DNA of 43,986 nucleotides from Trypethelium eluteriae (Eukaryota): NCBI GenBank assembly GCA_051942245.1, contig JAVECL010000146.1, positions 1 to 43,986 of the forward strand, read 5' to 3'. Shown piece by piece: positions 25,998 to 38,068 of this stretch (position 1 is its first letter; each line of letters starts with the position of its first letter). The notes under the pieces were generated by a model. It saw only the letters and a program-made list of their open reading frames with translations, ran no database searches and was not told where the DNA came from. The position numbers and the translations under genes were made by a program.

Positions 25998-28298
25998 TCA
26001 TTTTCTAAAGATTTTGACAAAAGTATTACGCGTCCATCCATCCATGCCCACGACAACTTCTTTTTCAAGCCTATAATTTCCCAAGTGAGGCAGCACTATG
26101 GCCCAGACAATCCAATAGACTCCTCCAGCCGCGATTATTCCCAGCCCTACGACGCAGTGCAACCAGTATGGCAAACTCTTGTATATATTTTGACCAGGGG
26201 AATCTGGAGGTACGTATGGAGCAACTGCGAGGTAAATATTTGAAAGAAGAAAGAAAAGCGCCACAGATAGGGAAGCGCTGGTAGGCGGGTGCCAATCATA
26301 CGTGCTGCGGTTGAAGTAGAGATAGACTAGGCCGAGGGCGACGAAGATATTGAAAATGGAGAGAGGATAGGATATTACGTTTAAAACTATGAAAGCAACG
26401 CAACGGGTCAGCCGTGAAGGGACAACGAGCACAAGAAACGCAGACAGTAGTCAAGACATTAGCGGAAGGGCTTGACATACTGAAGTTGTACGCATCCCCT
26501 GGAGGTGGTGCCAACATGATGATTACAGACACGAGCCAGTGCTCAAACAGTCCCATGAATGGCGCGTCCAAAGGTTTGTTGCTAGCCCAGAGTTTGGAGA
26601 AAGGTAGCACGCCTTCGCGGCCTAGTTCCTGCACGAGCCGTCCTTGGGAGAAGATGACGGAAAGGACGTTGCCAAAAGCCGAGAGCGCAACGAAGACGCT
26701 GAGAGCACGCTCCGCTTTGGGGCCAAATACATTTCGGAAAAAAGATCCAGCGAGAATACGGCCGCTACTGATGATCTCCTCGCGCGGGACGACGGCGAAG
26801 TAGGCAATATTGGCGAGCATATATAGAACACCGACGATTGCAATAGCGATCAGTGCAGCAATCCGCAGAGTTCGAACGGGATTCTTAATCTCTGACATAG
26901 CATAGTTAGCGTTGCTATAGCCGATGTAACTCCAGATGACGTTGTAGAGAGCAGTGACTACACCATAGGCAGAGCCAGTCGTCCCTCGAAATGCATTGTC
27001 GAAATTGTGAGGTTTTTCAATTTTGAGATGACCGCCAAGAGCTGCCTAGGATATCATGAGCCTTGAAATTGCTATACGGGGCCTAGGGATGGCATCTTAC
27101 AAAGCCGGCGAAAATGATGAGAAGTAAAATGATCAGTTTAATCAAACCAAGGATGTTTTGTAGCCGCAAGCCCCATTTCAAAGCAAGTCCATGGATTAAA
27201 AAAGCGGCTGTTATGCAAGCCAGCCCAACTCCTCTTTGGTTCCAGCGATTCACTTCGACCTGCGCTGCGTTGAGAATGTATTCGCCAAATACAACGCTGT
27301 TGGATCCGGCCCAGCCTAGAGATGATGTCAAGATCTGTACTAGATGATAAATCGACTTAAGTTTCAAAATGAGTGAAGAAGGTTCAAGATTTTTCGATAC
27401 ATCCCTAGCGATAGAGGTCTTGCTTAGATGACGCAAGCCGGTGATGATATTGATGATGTTAGACACCGTTTTCGGAGAAAAGGACTCGATTCAATTTCTC
27501 TGTGTAACCTGAGGTAAGGGCTCTATATAAACCTCATCGAAAATGAGGACAGTAAAAAACCTAATTAACTAGTAAAATGAGGAGCTACGTAGTAGGTTCG
27601 AGAATCTCGCGCATTGACCCTCGTGTAGAGCATAGCGAGATTACGCGGTAGGCTAGGTTGATTGGATCAACTTCATGAAGAACATCATGAACATCATCAG
27701 ATATCGGGTTTCCGCTCTGATGTTTCAAGATTTGGGTGGTACCAGATAGGTTTTGAAAGACTCACCAAGCAAAATCACGTAGCCAGTCTGTGTCATGAAA
27801 GATTTCATCAATACTTCCAGCGACTGTCAAGAGATCAAGGGGATTGACGAACGTAAAAGCCAGTCACAAGAAACTTCGGCCGTCTATAGACAAACTCGAG
27901 GTAGTTTTTTTCACCACCATTTCTAGGTAGCCCAGTGCCAAATTCCAGGTACACAAGCATGCCTGCAAAGGCAATAAGCATACCAGCGACCCATATGAAC
28001 AGCGATAGCCCCACGCTCCCGCTGAGCGAGAATATCGCACTCGGCGTGGCAAAGATGCCAGTCCCAATCATGCGATTGAATATGCTACCAAGAATGCATA
28101 AGTTTGGGCACGTCAAGATTATCATAGCGCTGGGGAATAGCAAACTTACAGGAAGATGGCACTGGTAAGCCCAATCTGTCTTCTGGACTCACTCGTATGG
28201 TAAACATCACTGTTATCAACGATGGCACCCTGATCTGCAACAGCAGAGGTTTTAGGATATTCATTATTCCTCTGGCCGTCACTGAAGTCCGATGACAT
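25998..28298 (-). CDS. MUP1: High-affinity methionine permease, Mup1-like APC/LAT transporter (523 aa)
   Basis: Exons 28298-28150, 28084-27853, 27787-27766, 27315-27101, 27045-26481 and 26386-25998 sum to 524 codons. Motifs IFNRMIGTGIFATP, PRNGGEKNYLE, GWAGSNSVVFGEY, WSYIGYSNANY, ILNVISYP. Confidence 0.9.
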
Positions 28299-28962
28299 TC
28301 TCCTACTCCGACGAAAGAAAAATAGTAGTCAAGTCATTATTTCGGTCATCAGCGACAGATATACGAAACGAGTCTTGACGTCGATATATGTGCGAAAGCT
28401 CACATTGCGCGACATTTTGCAATAAGGCATCATCCTGCCTCGTGTACCTCATCACCTCAAATGGTTACGATTGAAGGAACAAAAATCAGAATTTTCACCA
28501 GGCGTGGGTGTGCCATTGGTCCCTTGTCGGACACGCACAACCCAGAATGTGCGCGCAGCTCCGGCTATGAGCGGCTTCCGAGGAATCAGCAAGAGCAAAT
28601 TGCGTATTCTGAAGTTTTCTGGCAAAAGGGTCTTCCTACTTAAGGATCTCCTGTTGGTATTGTGTCCATAGCATTTGGTGGGAAGGCGACTTGCGTGATC
28701 GAGCTGGAACACCTTTAGCTTCTGACGAATAGAGTAGGCGCTAGGCAAAGCTTGAATAGCCTCGTAGTCTTATTGGCCCTCACCTCGATGAGGCTTGGCG
28801 TTAACACAATACGATATAGCCTTTCCGACGCGGATTGGGATTATAGTCTAGTATCGTAACGCGAGGCATCCTGTATGTAGAGTTGTTAACATTTAGCAAT
28901 GTACGAATAAAGAGCAGCAAGATATCGCAGACTCCCTTTTCAATTCATTGAGTCTTTCTGTA

Positions 28963-29038
28963 AGAGGTGGCCGTTGCATCGTGACTCGACCATTTTTTTC
29001 TTTTTTTGTTTTTTGTACTTGAGGCCTCGAAGTGGAAG
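28963..29038 (+). repeat. Inverted partial copy of the 3' end of the 30632-31457 gene
   Basis: 28963-28990 matches the reverse complement of 30626-30653 at 26/28 nt (EVAVAS-stop). Weaker similarity continues into the T-rich 3' flank. Confidence 0.75.
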
Positions 29039-29618
29039 TCAGGATCTCATCAGATAAAGGCTGAATACTTTCAGCCAGTCGTTTTGTCTCTCTTAGTTCA
29101 ATTTCGTGATACCTATTATCTGAGGTTACCTGGAGGAAAGGCACTTATTCAAATGTGGGCTGAGCTTATTAATGAAGAAGAGTTCAAGGCCAAGGGTCGG
29201 ATCTCCAATGTATACTGCCTTAAAGCTATGAAAAAGGATCGCGCTTCTCATCTCTCCCTGTTCATTGAAGGTACATTTGTTGATAAGGCGCCGTTTTCTT
29301 GTTGGCTTCGATCAAGAGTGGATTGTGTGATTTTCAAAATGAATAGTTTTGTGGATACATGCTCAAGGGCGCAACAATACTAGAAGTAGTTTTAACAGTA
29401 TTTGTATTCGATAATGGTGAAGTCTTAAACACAATGATCACAATGGTACACCATAATTAAAAAAGTAAACCAATATAATAAGTAAAACCGTATTTTAAAA
29501 CATGGTTACTTCAATCTCTGAAATTTCACAGATTGGATAATAGGAAAAATCAAATCTTTCTCAATAAATATGGAGTGAATGCGGAAAAAAAGAAAGGAAA
29601 AAGGAAGGACAAAAAGGT

Positions 29619-29701
29619 TGATCGCACCAGGGCTCGAACCTGGGACCTTCAGTGCACAACGACTGTTAGACTGACGTGATGACCAGCTACACCATGCGAC
29701 C
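29619..29701 (-). tRNA. tRNA-Val(AAC) with a 9-nt intron
   Basis: Acceptor stem GGTCGCA/TGCGATC; anticodon arm TCAGT-CTAACA[GTCGTTGTG]C-ACTGA; T arm CCAGG-TTCGAGC-CCTGG. Oligo-T Pol III terminator follows. Confidence 0.95.
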
Positions 29702-30631
29702 GCAACTCGATGGTGATGCATTCTTGTAGCAACTCTTATAACATCATATTGCTTAAATCCATTTGTCCGGTAACGCCCAGTCGATCTTCTCAGTACAATC
29801 CACAAGGATAGCATTATGTAAGTGCGCTTGAGTCGCCAGGGCAACAAGGCCCACATATAATCAGGTAGATTATTCTACCTGTATCTAACACAACTTTGAC
29901 TTAAGAGGGAAGCTTTCTCTATCAACGATTGTTACCTTACGGAAAGGTGGAACCCAGCGCTCAGTTCCCGGTCCACGGTGTATTCCGTCGGATAGATAGC
30001 CAAACGCTCTTGGCTAGACTTACAATTCCACCTCATAGAACCAAATGTGTAAGTAAAACGCTTGTCTACCGTCGTCGCTTAATAACCTCGTATCTAGCCG
30101 GCACACATGTTTTTGATCACACGGGATTGAAAAGAGTTCTTCATACTACATCAACCCACCAGCCATCTTCGTACGGCGTTCGAACAATTCCTTAGATTCG
30201 GCAACGAGCCTCTCGAACTACAAGCCTCCTCGAGCATCTGACGGACTTTTGAAACTATCTACCAGTCCTTACTTGTGTGCACGTACATTTTCCAGGGCGA
30301 GCTATTCCCCGAATGCTGAACATTCATTGGATCTGGCTTCTAAAGTGGTCCCAGGCGCTCTAGAAGCTTCCAATATGATCAATGGATTCAATCAGTCATG
30401 GCGGTTCAGCTGCGAGACCCCTACAGTGGTCGTGTAAACCCAACAGCTTTTCGTTAAGGACGGTTTGAGAGCGAAGGGCGCCCAGAATTGAGACATAGAG
30501 GGGGAGTGGGCATGTGCTATCAATGGACTATGAGAAACCTCTCAAGCCAAAAGACGACATTGTATCTGCATTTTCTCTTCCAAATCAAAGCTGCAATGAG
30601 TACAATAACAAGAAGGGAAAAAACAGTCGAG

Positions 30632-31457
30632 TCACGATGCAACAGCTACCTCTCGCAAATAACCCTTTATTTTCTGCACCGTATTTTTCGGTCCCTCTAT
30701 GTCTTCGGCCTTGAGTGCTTTCCATGTCTTGATAAGCGAATTTAGGTATGCTCCGTATTCTCCCTCGCGGTCACCCGCAAACTCAGATGAAAGATAAATC
30801 ATTTCATCCGGTGTTACGTCGGCATGATCGACAACGGAAGTGCAGAGAATATATGCCAAAACATTTTTGTGTGTGGAGATGACACCTTGGGTAGAGAAGT
30901 TGTAACGGTAAGTATACATATCTACTCGGATGATAGCGTTGCTGCGGCAGTACATCAGTACGAAAGGACCCCTGTGACGTGTGAGGAAGACGTACTGCTT
31001 AATACAGACAAAGAACTTCTCATCGTAGCTTTCCCCGGCAGAGGTATCGCCAAGGATTGTCTTCAGGCCTGTCTTAACTACAGCCTTGAAGCCGTCTAGT
31101 ACTCCTGGCGCTCCGGTGTCTCCAGAACCAAAGAAGGCGTTGACAGCCTCGTCAACCCCAGGAGATCCCTATTGCTCCAAGCCAATGTTAGAGACCACGA
31201 CCAGACTTCAAAGGAAACGGTACTGCTCGACTGACCCGTTCGTCTGTGTCCACTCGTACAGAGCGCTCGAAGCGAAGCGCCCGCTTTCGAGGCACGCTCG
31301 TCTTCATAGCTGAGTCATGGTCGAGAGAAATGTTCTTGAGCTTCGATTCGAATGTATCCAGGCGAGCATCAGCAAGCTTCATGAGAAGCTCAAGTTGCTC
31401 CTTGGCTGCCTGCTCCTTTGCAGGGTCCTTGAGCATATCACTGACAATATTGCCCAT
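30632..31457 (-). CDS. Hypothetical 234-aa protein with an N-myristoylation-like start
   Basis: Exons 31457-31236, 31168-30996 and 30941-30632 join in frame via GT-AG introns (first has a CTAAC branch site). Starts MGNIVS; TATATAAA-like box ~90 bp upstream. Confidence 0.8.
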
Positions 31458-32699
31458 ATTCTACCAACAAACTCGGGCGCTCGGAAGCGCTCCTGTCAAG
31501 AGAACTGTGGCCAAATGCGAAAGTTCCAGATAGCCATATGCCTTTATATATGAAGCGCTCGGATGTACCACTGTCAAGTTAAGTTCGAACATGAGATCAT
31601 GATTCTGTTGCTGCTCGATCGAGGTGACGCAGAGTGGCTTTGGCTGATCATGAGTATCTAGCGGACCGACAAAGGAAACTTTAAATCAGGTGAGTAAGAA
31701 CCTGAAGAAGAAAGGTGCGATATTGTACCAGGGATATGTATACTCTACCATATTCTTACTCGTTGAGCTGATAACATTGGCAGCAAAGCTCTAGTAAGCT
31801 ACCGCCAAAGCAAAGCCTCAGTGATGAAGTGAAGAGCCAGGGGTTTCAATGGTAATCACGGTGCTGGTCTGAACGTCGAGCCATATCAACTGGCTGAACC
31901 AGACCTGAAACTTCAACGTTCGAGCCGGATGTGACGGATTGTGGAAGTAAAACTATATAGACTGGAAAATTGGTGAGCAATTCTTGACATCCGCCTCGCT
32001 ATAATCTGAAATGTCCAGGATACTACTCGAACAGCTGACAGGTTAAGGTGCTGGGTAAAGTAACCTTTATTGTGCGGCTGCTCTCTTCGATCAATGTGCC
32101 ATGGTAGACGATCGCCCCTCTTAGGGAGTGTGGACAGTAGAGGAAGATTGCGGCAAAGAGATTGATAATCTGATGATTTCCTTGAGTAGGGAGTCGTGAA
32201 GTTAGGCGTGCGTTGCCGGCGGCTCCCTAACATTCATTCAGCTTATTACTGTCGATTCAGTCTAGACCGCAGCCTCGTCTTGCGGTTCACGGGAAACTGT
32301 CGCTAGCCAATAGTCGTGGCTGTTCCACCTCTTAGAATTTGGGGATAGTAATCCGCAATGCAGCAACTATTTTCATGTGACAACGATAATTCTTTGAACT
32401 GCGCTGTTGCTCCGTCTGCACCACGGAAGACCCGAACATAAAAACTTTGAGGTACCACAAGATGTTCACTATACATATTGAGAGCTCAGGCTCGTCAAAT
32501 TCTCAGTGGACTTGCAAATACGATCTACCTTCAGTGATCGGCTACGAACGGACCATGGATATCGAAGACGATTTGAGGCCTATGAAAGGCAAGGGATCCG
32601 AAGATCCCCTTCTTTCTTCCTAGCTAGATACCTTAGCGATCACTGACATCGTATATTGGAGTAGCATTGATTTCGCATCCACCAATCCAAATCAGGGTT

Positions 32700-33101
32700 T
32701 GGAAACATACCTAAATATGGAATTATTGTCCTATATGCAGTAAAATATAAATAAAATAATTATTGCGTAATTATCTGCAATTTTATCCAATCCCTTGTTG
32801 TTTTGGAGCTTAATTTATCCATCAAAAAAATTCTTCCATCTAATCTTTAAATTTTTCTCTAAATCGGTATCTTACTTAAGGTAGAAGCTTAATAAAAAGT
32901 TTGAAGAGGTTTTCCTCACTTGAGAACGATAGAGCTATCCATCCAAACTTCCAGCAACTTTGTAATATTAGGGTGTGCACCAAGCCGCTGATGTATTAGA
33001 CGTTTGGTTTCACCCCTGCTATTGTCGTGGAACTTTTTTAGAACTCTTTAAGGACTAATTCCATATAAGACCCCGGATTTTCCTACTGCAAGAAATTGCA
33101 T
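32700..33101 (-). pseudogene. AT-rich protein kinase relic (N-lobe)
   Basis: MQFLAVGKSGVLYGISP*RVLKKF...QRLGAHPNITKLLEV...SIVLK*GKPL shows the Gly-loop, VLK and HPNI motifs with in-frame stops. Downstream sequence is heavily degraded. Confidence 0.65.
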
Positions 33102-33904
33102 TGTGTTGGATGAGGTCGTGTTATTATAATATTTGCTTGGAGTTTGCGAATTTTTAAGACAGGTGGAGAGGACAGGACTTGTGATATATAGCGACGGCAA
33201 TTGGTTTGATGCTATTGAACAACAAAGTCAGAACAGACATTGGGGAAAAGTTTATAACGCAAAAGGTAGAGGTATCACCAAAAGCCCTAGAGCAGAGCCA
33301 TAATCTGTGAAGCAGTTGAGAGGCATGCACGCCCGCGGCTACGGCGTAGACGATATAACAATAGCGAGTTGTTGGACGAAAATGAATTTTAATAATAGAG
33401 GTGCTTGGAGAACAAGAATTATTGTCTTGATGCCAGAGTCGGAGTTTCACAAATCCTGGGAAAGGGCTCCGCAATGCCTTCAACCTTAAACTCGCTCATC
33501 TTATGACCAATTCGGTACGCCTCACTGTCAACTCCGTGAAGTAGCCACACTCATGTTACACTGTTAAAGCAGATAGCTATTGATTCTTTGTTAGCTACAC
33601 CGTGTATCAGCTGATAAGCATGCGCTTTTTAAAATTAATAAGAGGCCTTAATTGATTATCGCCACCTCCTTGGACCCTTCCTCTAAGATCAGGTATTGGT
33701 ATTGGTATTGGTCAGAAGACCCTTGTCATAATAATCATAAGACGTTGTCATGAATCTGGTAAAGGTAATTATTACCGAGCTTTAAGGAATCGCGAATTGG
33801 GCACCTTCTGACGTGTAAGGTCCTAAGGATTGTCTTGGCGAAGGCTGAGCTGATAAATCCCTGTTTACTGGTTTCATTTTCCAGCCACTAGATTAGAATA
33901 TGGT

Positions 33905-34102
33905 GGTTCCTGGATTCAGACACCACTCAGTTGGGATCACGCTAACTCATGTTGTACCTACCTCAGCTCATGGCAGCTCAGGGTGCGCTTAAGCTTGCTC
34001 ATAATGGCTCAGCGTGGCTCATTGTGGTTTGGTGACTCATGCCCCAAAGCAGAAACAGACTTTGTATGAGGGTAGTTTGTCCTTGAATATTCCCCGCTAT
34101 GT
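33905..34102 (+). repeat. Dispersed ~200 bp repeat, copy 1
   Basis: Directly repeated at ~39002-39231; the terminal 57 nt match at 49/57. Shares the GCTCAYGGCAGCTCAG and TTCAGRCACCAC blocks. Confidence 0.75.
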
Positions 34103-34688
34103 ACAGTGGTGAGATTTAGGATGGGACATCGCTAGCCGGAAATTGCGGAAGAACTGGTCTGATTGGGCTTAGTGCTGTGCCATTCTAAAAATCACCACTG
34201 TACACGCGCGTGGACCCCAACATCAGCGGCTGCCATTACTTCATTGTCTGACAAGCCGATCTCGGTTGGGCACGGTCTTTTAAACGGTCAGCCTCAGCTG
34301 TGCCTCGTATTAGCACGCTCTCTACGTTGGTCCCCGTTTCAAAGCAGCTGCAGCCTATTTTACTACAGTATGCATTCTTAGCGCGCTTTCCCTAGTATTG
34401 CTGTTCCGTCGGAGAGTGGAATCCTGCGTCTATCGGTCTTCCAAGTAGAGTTGCGTGTCATCATTGCCACAGACCGCAGCCTAGCCTGCGCCTCGCCAGA
34501 AAGAAGCTAGACTTCGGTTCATTTCTCAGTTTGCAGATAAGTCAGAGATTCTTTTCTCAAATCAATCAAAGCATATCAACCACCAGCACCGGCAATTATC
34601 TGACGACAGCCACGTACAAATTTCCCATCCAAACCCTCTACATTTCATACTTCTCACATCAAATACATTCAGCGACGCGACTTACAGG

Positions 34689-35279
34689 ATGGCTTCGTAC
34701 GACGCTGCAAAAACTCATAATTCAGAAATGGATATGCATAATGATGCAGTTGTTGATGACACGAATAGAGATTTCCAGAGCAATGCGGTCGATAGCCATT
34801 TAGATGAGGAGGAAGCGAAGAAGAAATGGCTTTCGACCGCCTACGAGCGCGGCTCGAAAAAGCCCATGAGGAAGCCCCTCACAGCGCCTTGGGATGTACC
34901 AATCAATAACACTGACATGGAAAAACTCAAGGCCGGGCTGAAAGCTCGAAGTATGGACGATAAATGGGAGATACTTGTCGAGGACCCCAACGAAAACGGG
35001 ACAATTTCTCTCCACATCCTTCGAAGCTGGTTACAGGAGGAGTGCTACGTACTTGATATCGTTCCGACACCGAGTGGAGATAATGGTGGGAGTGCGAAGA
35101 TTGAGAGGATTACGTGGGAAGGGGATCATGCGGGGTTGCAATGTCCTGCAGAGCAGGCGAAGAAGGAAGCGGTGGTTTTGTGTAGAACTCAGGTCGGCTG
35201 CGAGCTGGAGACGCTGCCAAAGTATCCGTCGTCGGTTCTTTGGGATACTGATGATTATACGAAGGTGGATGCGGAGTAG
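34689..35279 (+). CDS. Intronless hypothetical 196-aa protein with MDDKW...RSW motif
   Basis: Clean ORF with a CA/CT-rich leader. Motif LKAGLKARSMDDKWEILV...LHILRSWLQEECYVL. Confidence 0.75.
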   Translation: MASYDAAKTHNSEMDMHNDAVVDDTNRDFQSNAVDSHLDEEEAKKKWLSTAYERGSKKPMRKPLTAPWDVPINNTDMEKLKAGLKARSMDDKWEILVEDPNENGTISLHILRSWLQEECYVLDIVPTPSGDNGGSAKIERITWEGDHAGLQCPAEQAKKEAVVLCRTQVGCELETLPKYPSSVLWDTDDYTKVDAE

Positions 35280-35930
35280 GCGCTCTTTTCTTCGAACGGG
35301 CTGCAGGAAGAGTATCCGGAAGGCATGCAAGAGATATCTCATTTTGGGGTCATCTCCAGTCACATGGCTGAGATGGATTCATCTTATTTCTAATATTCGA
35401 TGGCTTTCTCTCACCTCCTAGAAATGTCGCAATAATTGCAATCGCCCTGACATTGAGATTGCCAGTGAGCACAATCTTTTCGCAAGGTACGTGCGGTTGT
35501 GAAGTCGATGTTATTTTACGCCAAAGTAGCCAAGGTTTCGTTGTAGGCTTGTTTTCAGTCGTCACTATCCATATCGTGGTAAGATAATTGAGGCCAAAAT
35601 CAGCTCAAGCTGATACTGCACGCGACTGAGCAGTCTCAATGAAGTGCTGGGCCGAATTAGGCGTCGCATCCCGCCCAATGTAAAGTTGTTAACGCGACCG
35701 TGAATCTCGTTAAACGTTGTCGTCCAGATCTACATTTATCACATGGTTAAGCGGAAAAGATCGTGAAAAGGTCAAAAGAAGGAACGATATTAATCTATCG
35801 ACGGATTCATTATGAGATCCAAATCTTGCGACATCTCAAATTAAACCGAAAGTCCCAATGCGATCCTGCAATCAAGAGTCGGCCAGGTGCCAGCACCGGA
35901 AGACTCATTCAACCAAATCCACCATCCATT

Positions 35931-36344
35931 CTATGCACCGTTGGCAATTACGCATGTGCCATGCTTGATAATGTCATGCAATCCATCATGGCAATTAATC
36001 TTGTCATTGGAATCAGAACTGCAAGCACCAATCGGCGAATCGCTCGAGTCGAGGATACTGGTTGGAGCTCCAGCGTCACCAGAGCAGCCCGAAAACGTAT
36101 AGACGACCTCTCCAAGTGTGAACGCTTTTTCACAAGGCTTGTCGGTGAGAACATCCAGGACTTGCATTCCTGGGCATGCTTTATCTCCGTCCACCCAGGC
36201 AACCCAGTGGTTGGTTTGGTCGTTGTTTTGGAGCTGTTGGCCGAAAGCGACGACTGGTGGGGCTGGATTTCCGGATGAGGGTAATGCGAGGCTGGGGGAT
36301 GCTGCGATAGCGAGGAGGGCGAGAGATCCGATGTTGAACTGCAT
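35931..36344 (-). CDS. Small secreted 6-Cys protein (137 aa), candidate effector
   Basis: Signal peptide MQFNIGSLALLAIAASPSLA, six Cys, intronless; TATAAAA ~150 bp upstream. Confidence 0.85.
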   Translation of the reverse strand: MQFNIGSLALLAIAASPSLALPSSGNPAPPVVAFGQQLQNNDQTNHWVAWVDGDKACPGMQVLDVLTDKPCEKAFTLGEVVYTFSGCSGDAGAPTSILDSSDSPIGACSSDSNDKINCHDGLHDIIKHGTCVIANGA

Positions 36345-36998
36345 ATTGAGATTGCAATGAGGGCTTGTCAATGGAAGATTTGAAGTAGAACTTTGATAGT
36401 TGTAGTGAAATGGTAGACTTGATTGAAGACTTTAAGATGATGATGATGATGATTGATTTGGATCACAGAAGGCCGCAAAGAGACGACTTTTATAGTTTTA
36501 CTTCGAATGAAGACAAGTAGTTTCTTTGAGACTCATCTTGACCAGGCTGGTGGCGATAGAAGCTGGAGGCTTCTCGATGAGCGTAGGTAGTACGTCACTT
36601 GGAGAAGATTTCCGTTGAGCATTGAGCAGATTGCCATAGGATTCTGCGACTAGTTCAGTACATCTCTTGCTCTTGCGCCACTGGCAGAATGACAACTGTC
36701 TCCGTGTAATCGTACGAAGTCCTTGTGAGCAACCATCATTGCTCTTCAAAGGAGCGATCCGACTGCCATGACGATGGTGACGATAGGATCCTCCGGAGGA
36801 TGGCGGCAATGTCTGCGATCAACAGGACATGTAATACAGAGCAGCGTAGCCTAGGAAACGGTGGAAACGTCGATACAATTTAGTGCCTACTTGTTTGAAA
36901 GTCAAAGGAGTCTCAGCCCTGCGTCAATGGGTTTCACTCGATATGTCCAAGATGTCCAACAACAACAAGGCACATATCCAGATTGGCAGCTTACCTTA

Positions 36999-37190
36999 CG
37001 GCGGAAGGGGGGTGCCCCGACAGGTAATAAGCAGAATGTTCTCTAGAATGCTCTCTAGAGTGCGCTGTTAACAGCATCAAACCTGTGATAACTCTATGTC
37101 AACCTGGTGTTGCTGCAGGTTTCATGCTGTTAACACCGCATTCTAGAGAACATTCTGCTTATTACCTGTCGGGGCACCCCCCCTCCGCTG
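36999..37190. mobile_element. Foldback MITE, Tc1/mariner-like
   Basis: Near-perfect TIRs (C[G/A]GCGGA[A/G]GGGGGGTGCCCCGACAGGTAATAAGCAGAATGTTCTCTAGAATGC) plus inner TGTTAACAGCAT/ATGCTGTTAACA pairing. Flanked by TA on the left and CA on the right. Confidence 0.85.
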
Positions 37191-38068
37191 CATGGTACCC
37201 ACTGTAAGCAGATCACGTTACCGGACTTGCACTCGGAATGTTCGGAGCTGAGCGAAGTCAATCGGCTTGTAGAATGCGCGTGATGCAGTTTGATATTACG
37301 ACGATACGTCCTAGATCGACAGTTTACGGCGGATAAACACGGGGCCGCGTGGGGGCCGCACCTTTGTTTGGGGCTGAACCTCTTCGGTCCCCGGCAAATT
37401 TGGCCCCTGGGATCTCCTGCGGCACGGCGGCACGGCCCTTTTGAGGCTCTATCAAGGTCTTCTGGACAACGTAGAAGCTTTTCTCAGCTTTGCCATACGT
37501 TGGAGATGCCTAAGATTGCCGTGTCCTAATTGAGGATCAGCCTCATTTAAGTCAAGATAGGCCGACGGACGTAAGGCCTGTTAGAGTGGAGTCTATACCG
37601 TGTACTTGCGTTGGACCACTATTTCTTCAATTCAGGAAGTCGCCACCAACCTGTCAAAGCGTCTAGTCATTCCAAAAGGCTCAAAGGATGCCCGTAGCGA
37701 TTTCATACGCTAGGACAGTCTGGTGCACTGGTCATCGGACGCGGGTAGACAGTGTAGCCACTGGATCTTCACCTGTTCGATTCATCAGGTAATGTCATCT
37801 GGCCGTTCTGTCTCTTCCTACCTTAATAGCTTTGAAGCAAATACTGATACTGTTTTGCTTGGTCGTTGATCGTGCATTCCCATTCGCTACAAACCGCTGT
37901 GGATGTTTGACACCTTGTCAAATATTTGACGTGTCATCAAAATGCTCGGGCATATAAGAAAGCTACCGCTGCTTTATGATCTCGAGTTTTGAAATCTTCA
38001 GAATCAACCATCCCCCTCAATCCTTTCGTCGTTTGGAACCTGCAGTCCCCCCAAAAAATCAGCTCAAA

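Noticed and set aside
27690..27730. Hammerhead-like CUGAUGA/GAAA or C/D snoRNA boxes in the permease intron
   Set aside because: The required stems and order are absent, and there is no terminal box D partner.
31700..32600. Possible CorA-like transmembrane relic (LFAAIFL)
   Set aside because: Only a single short hydrophobic match.
33692..33712. (GGTATT)3 tandem repeat
   Set aside because: A short simple repeat; not telomeric or CRISPR-like.
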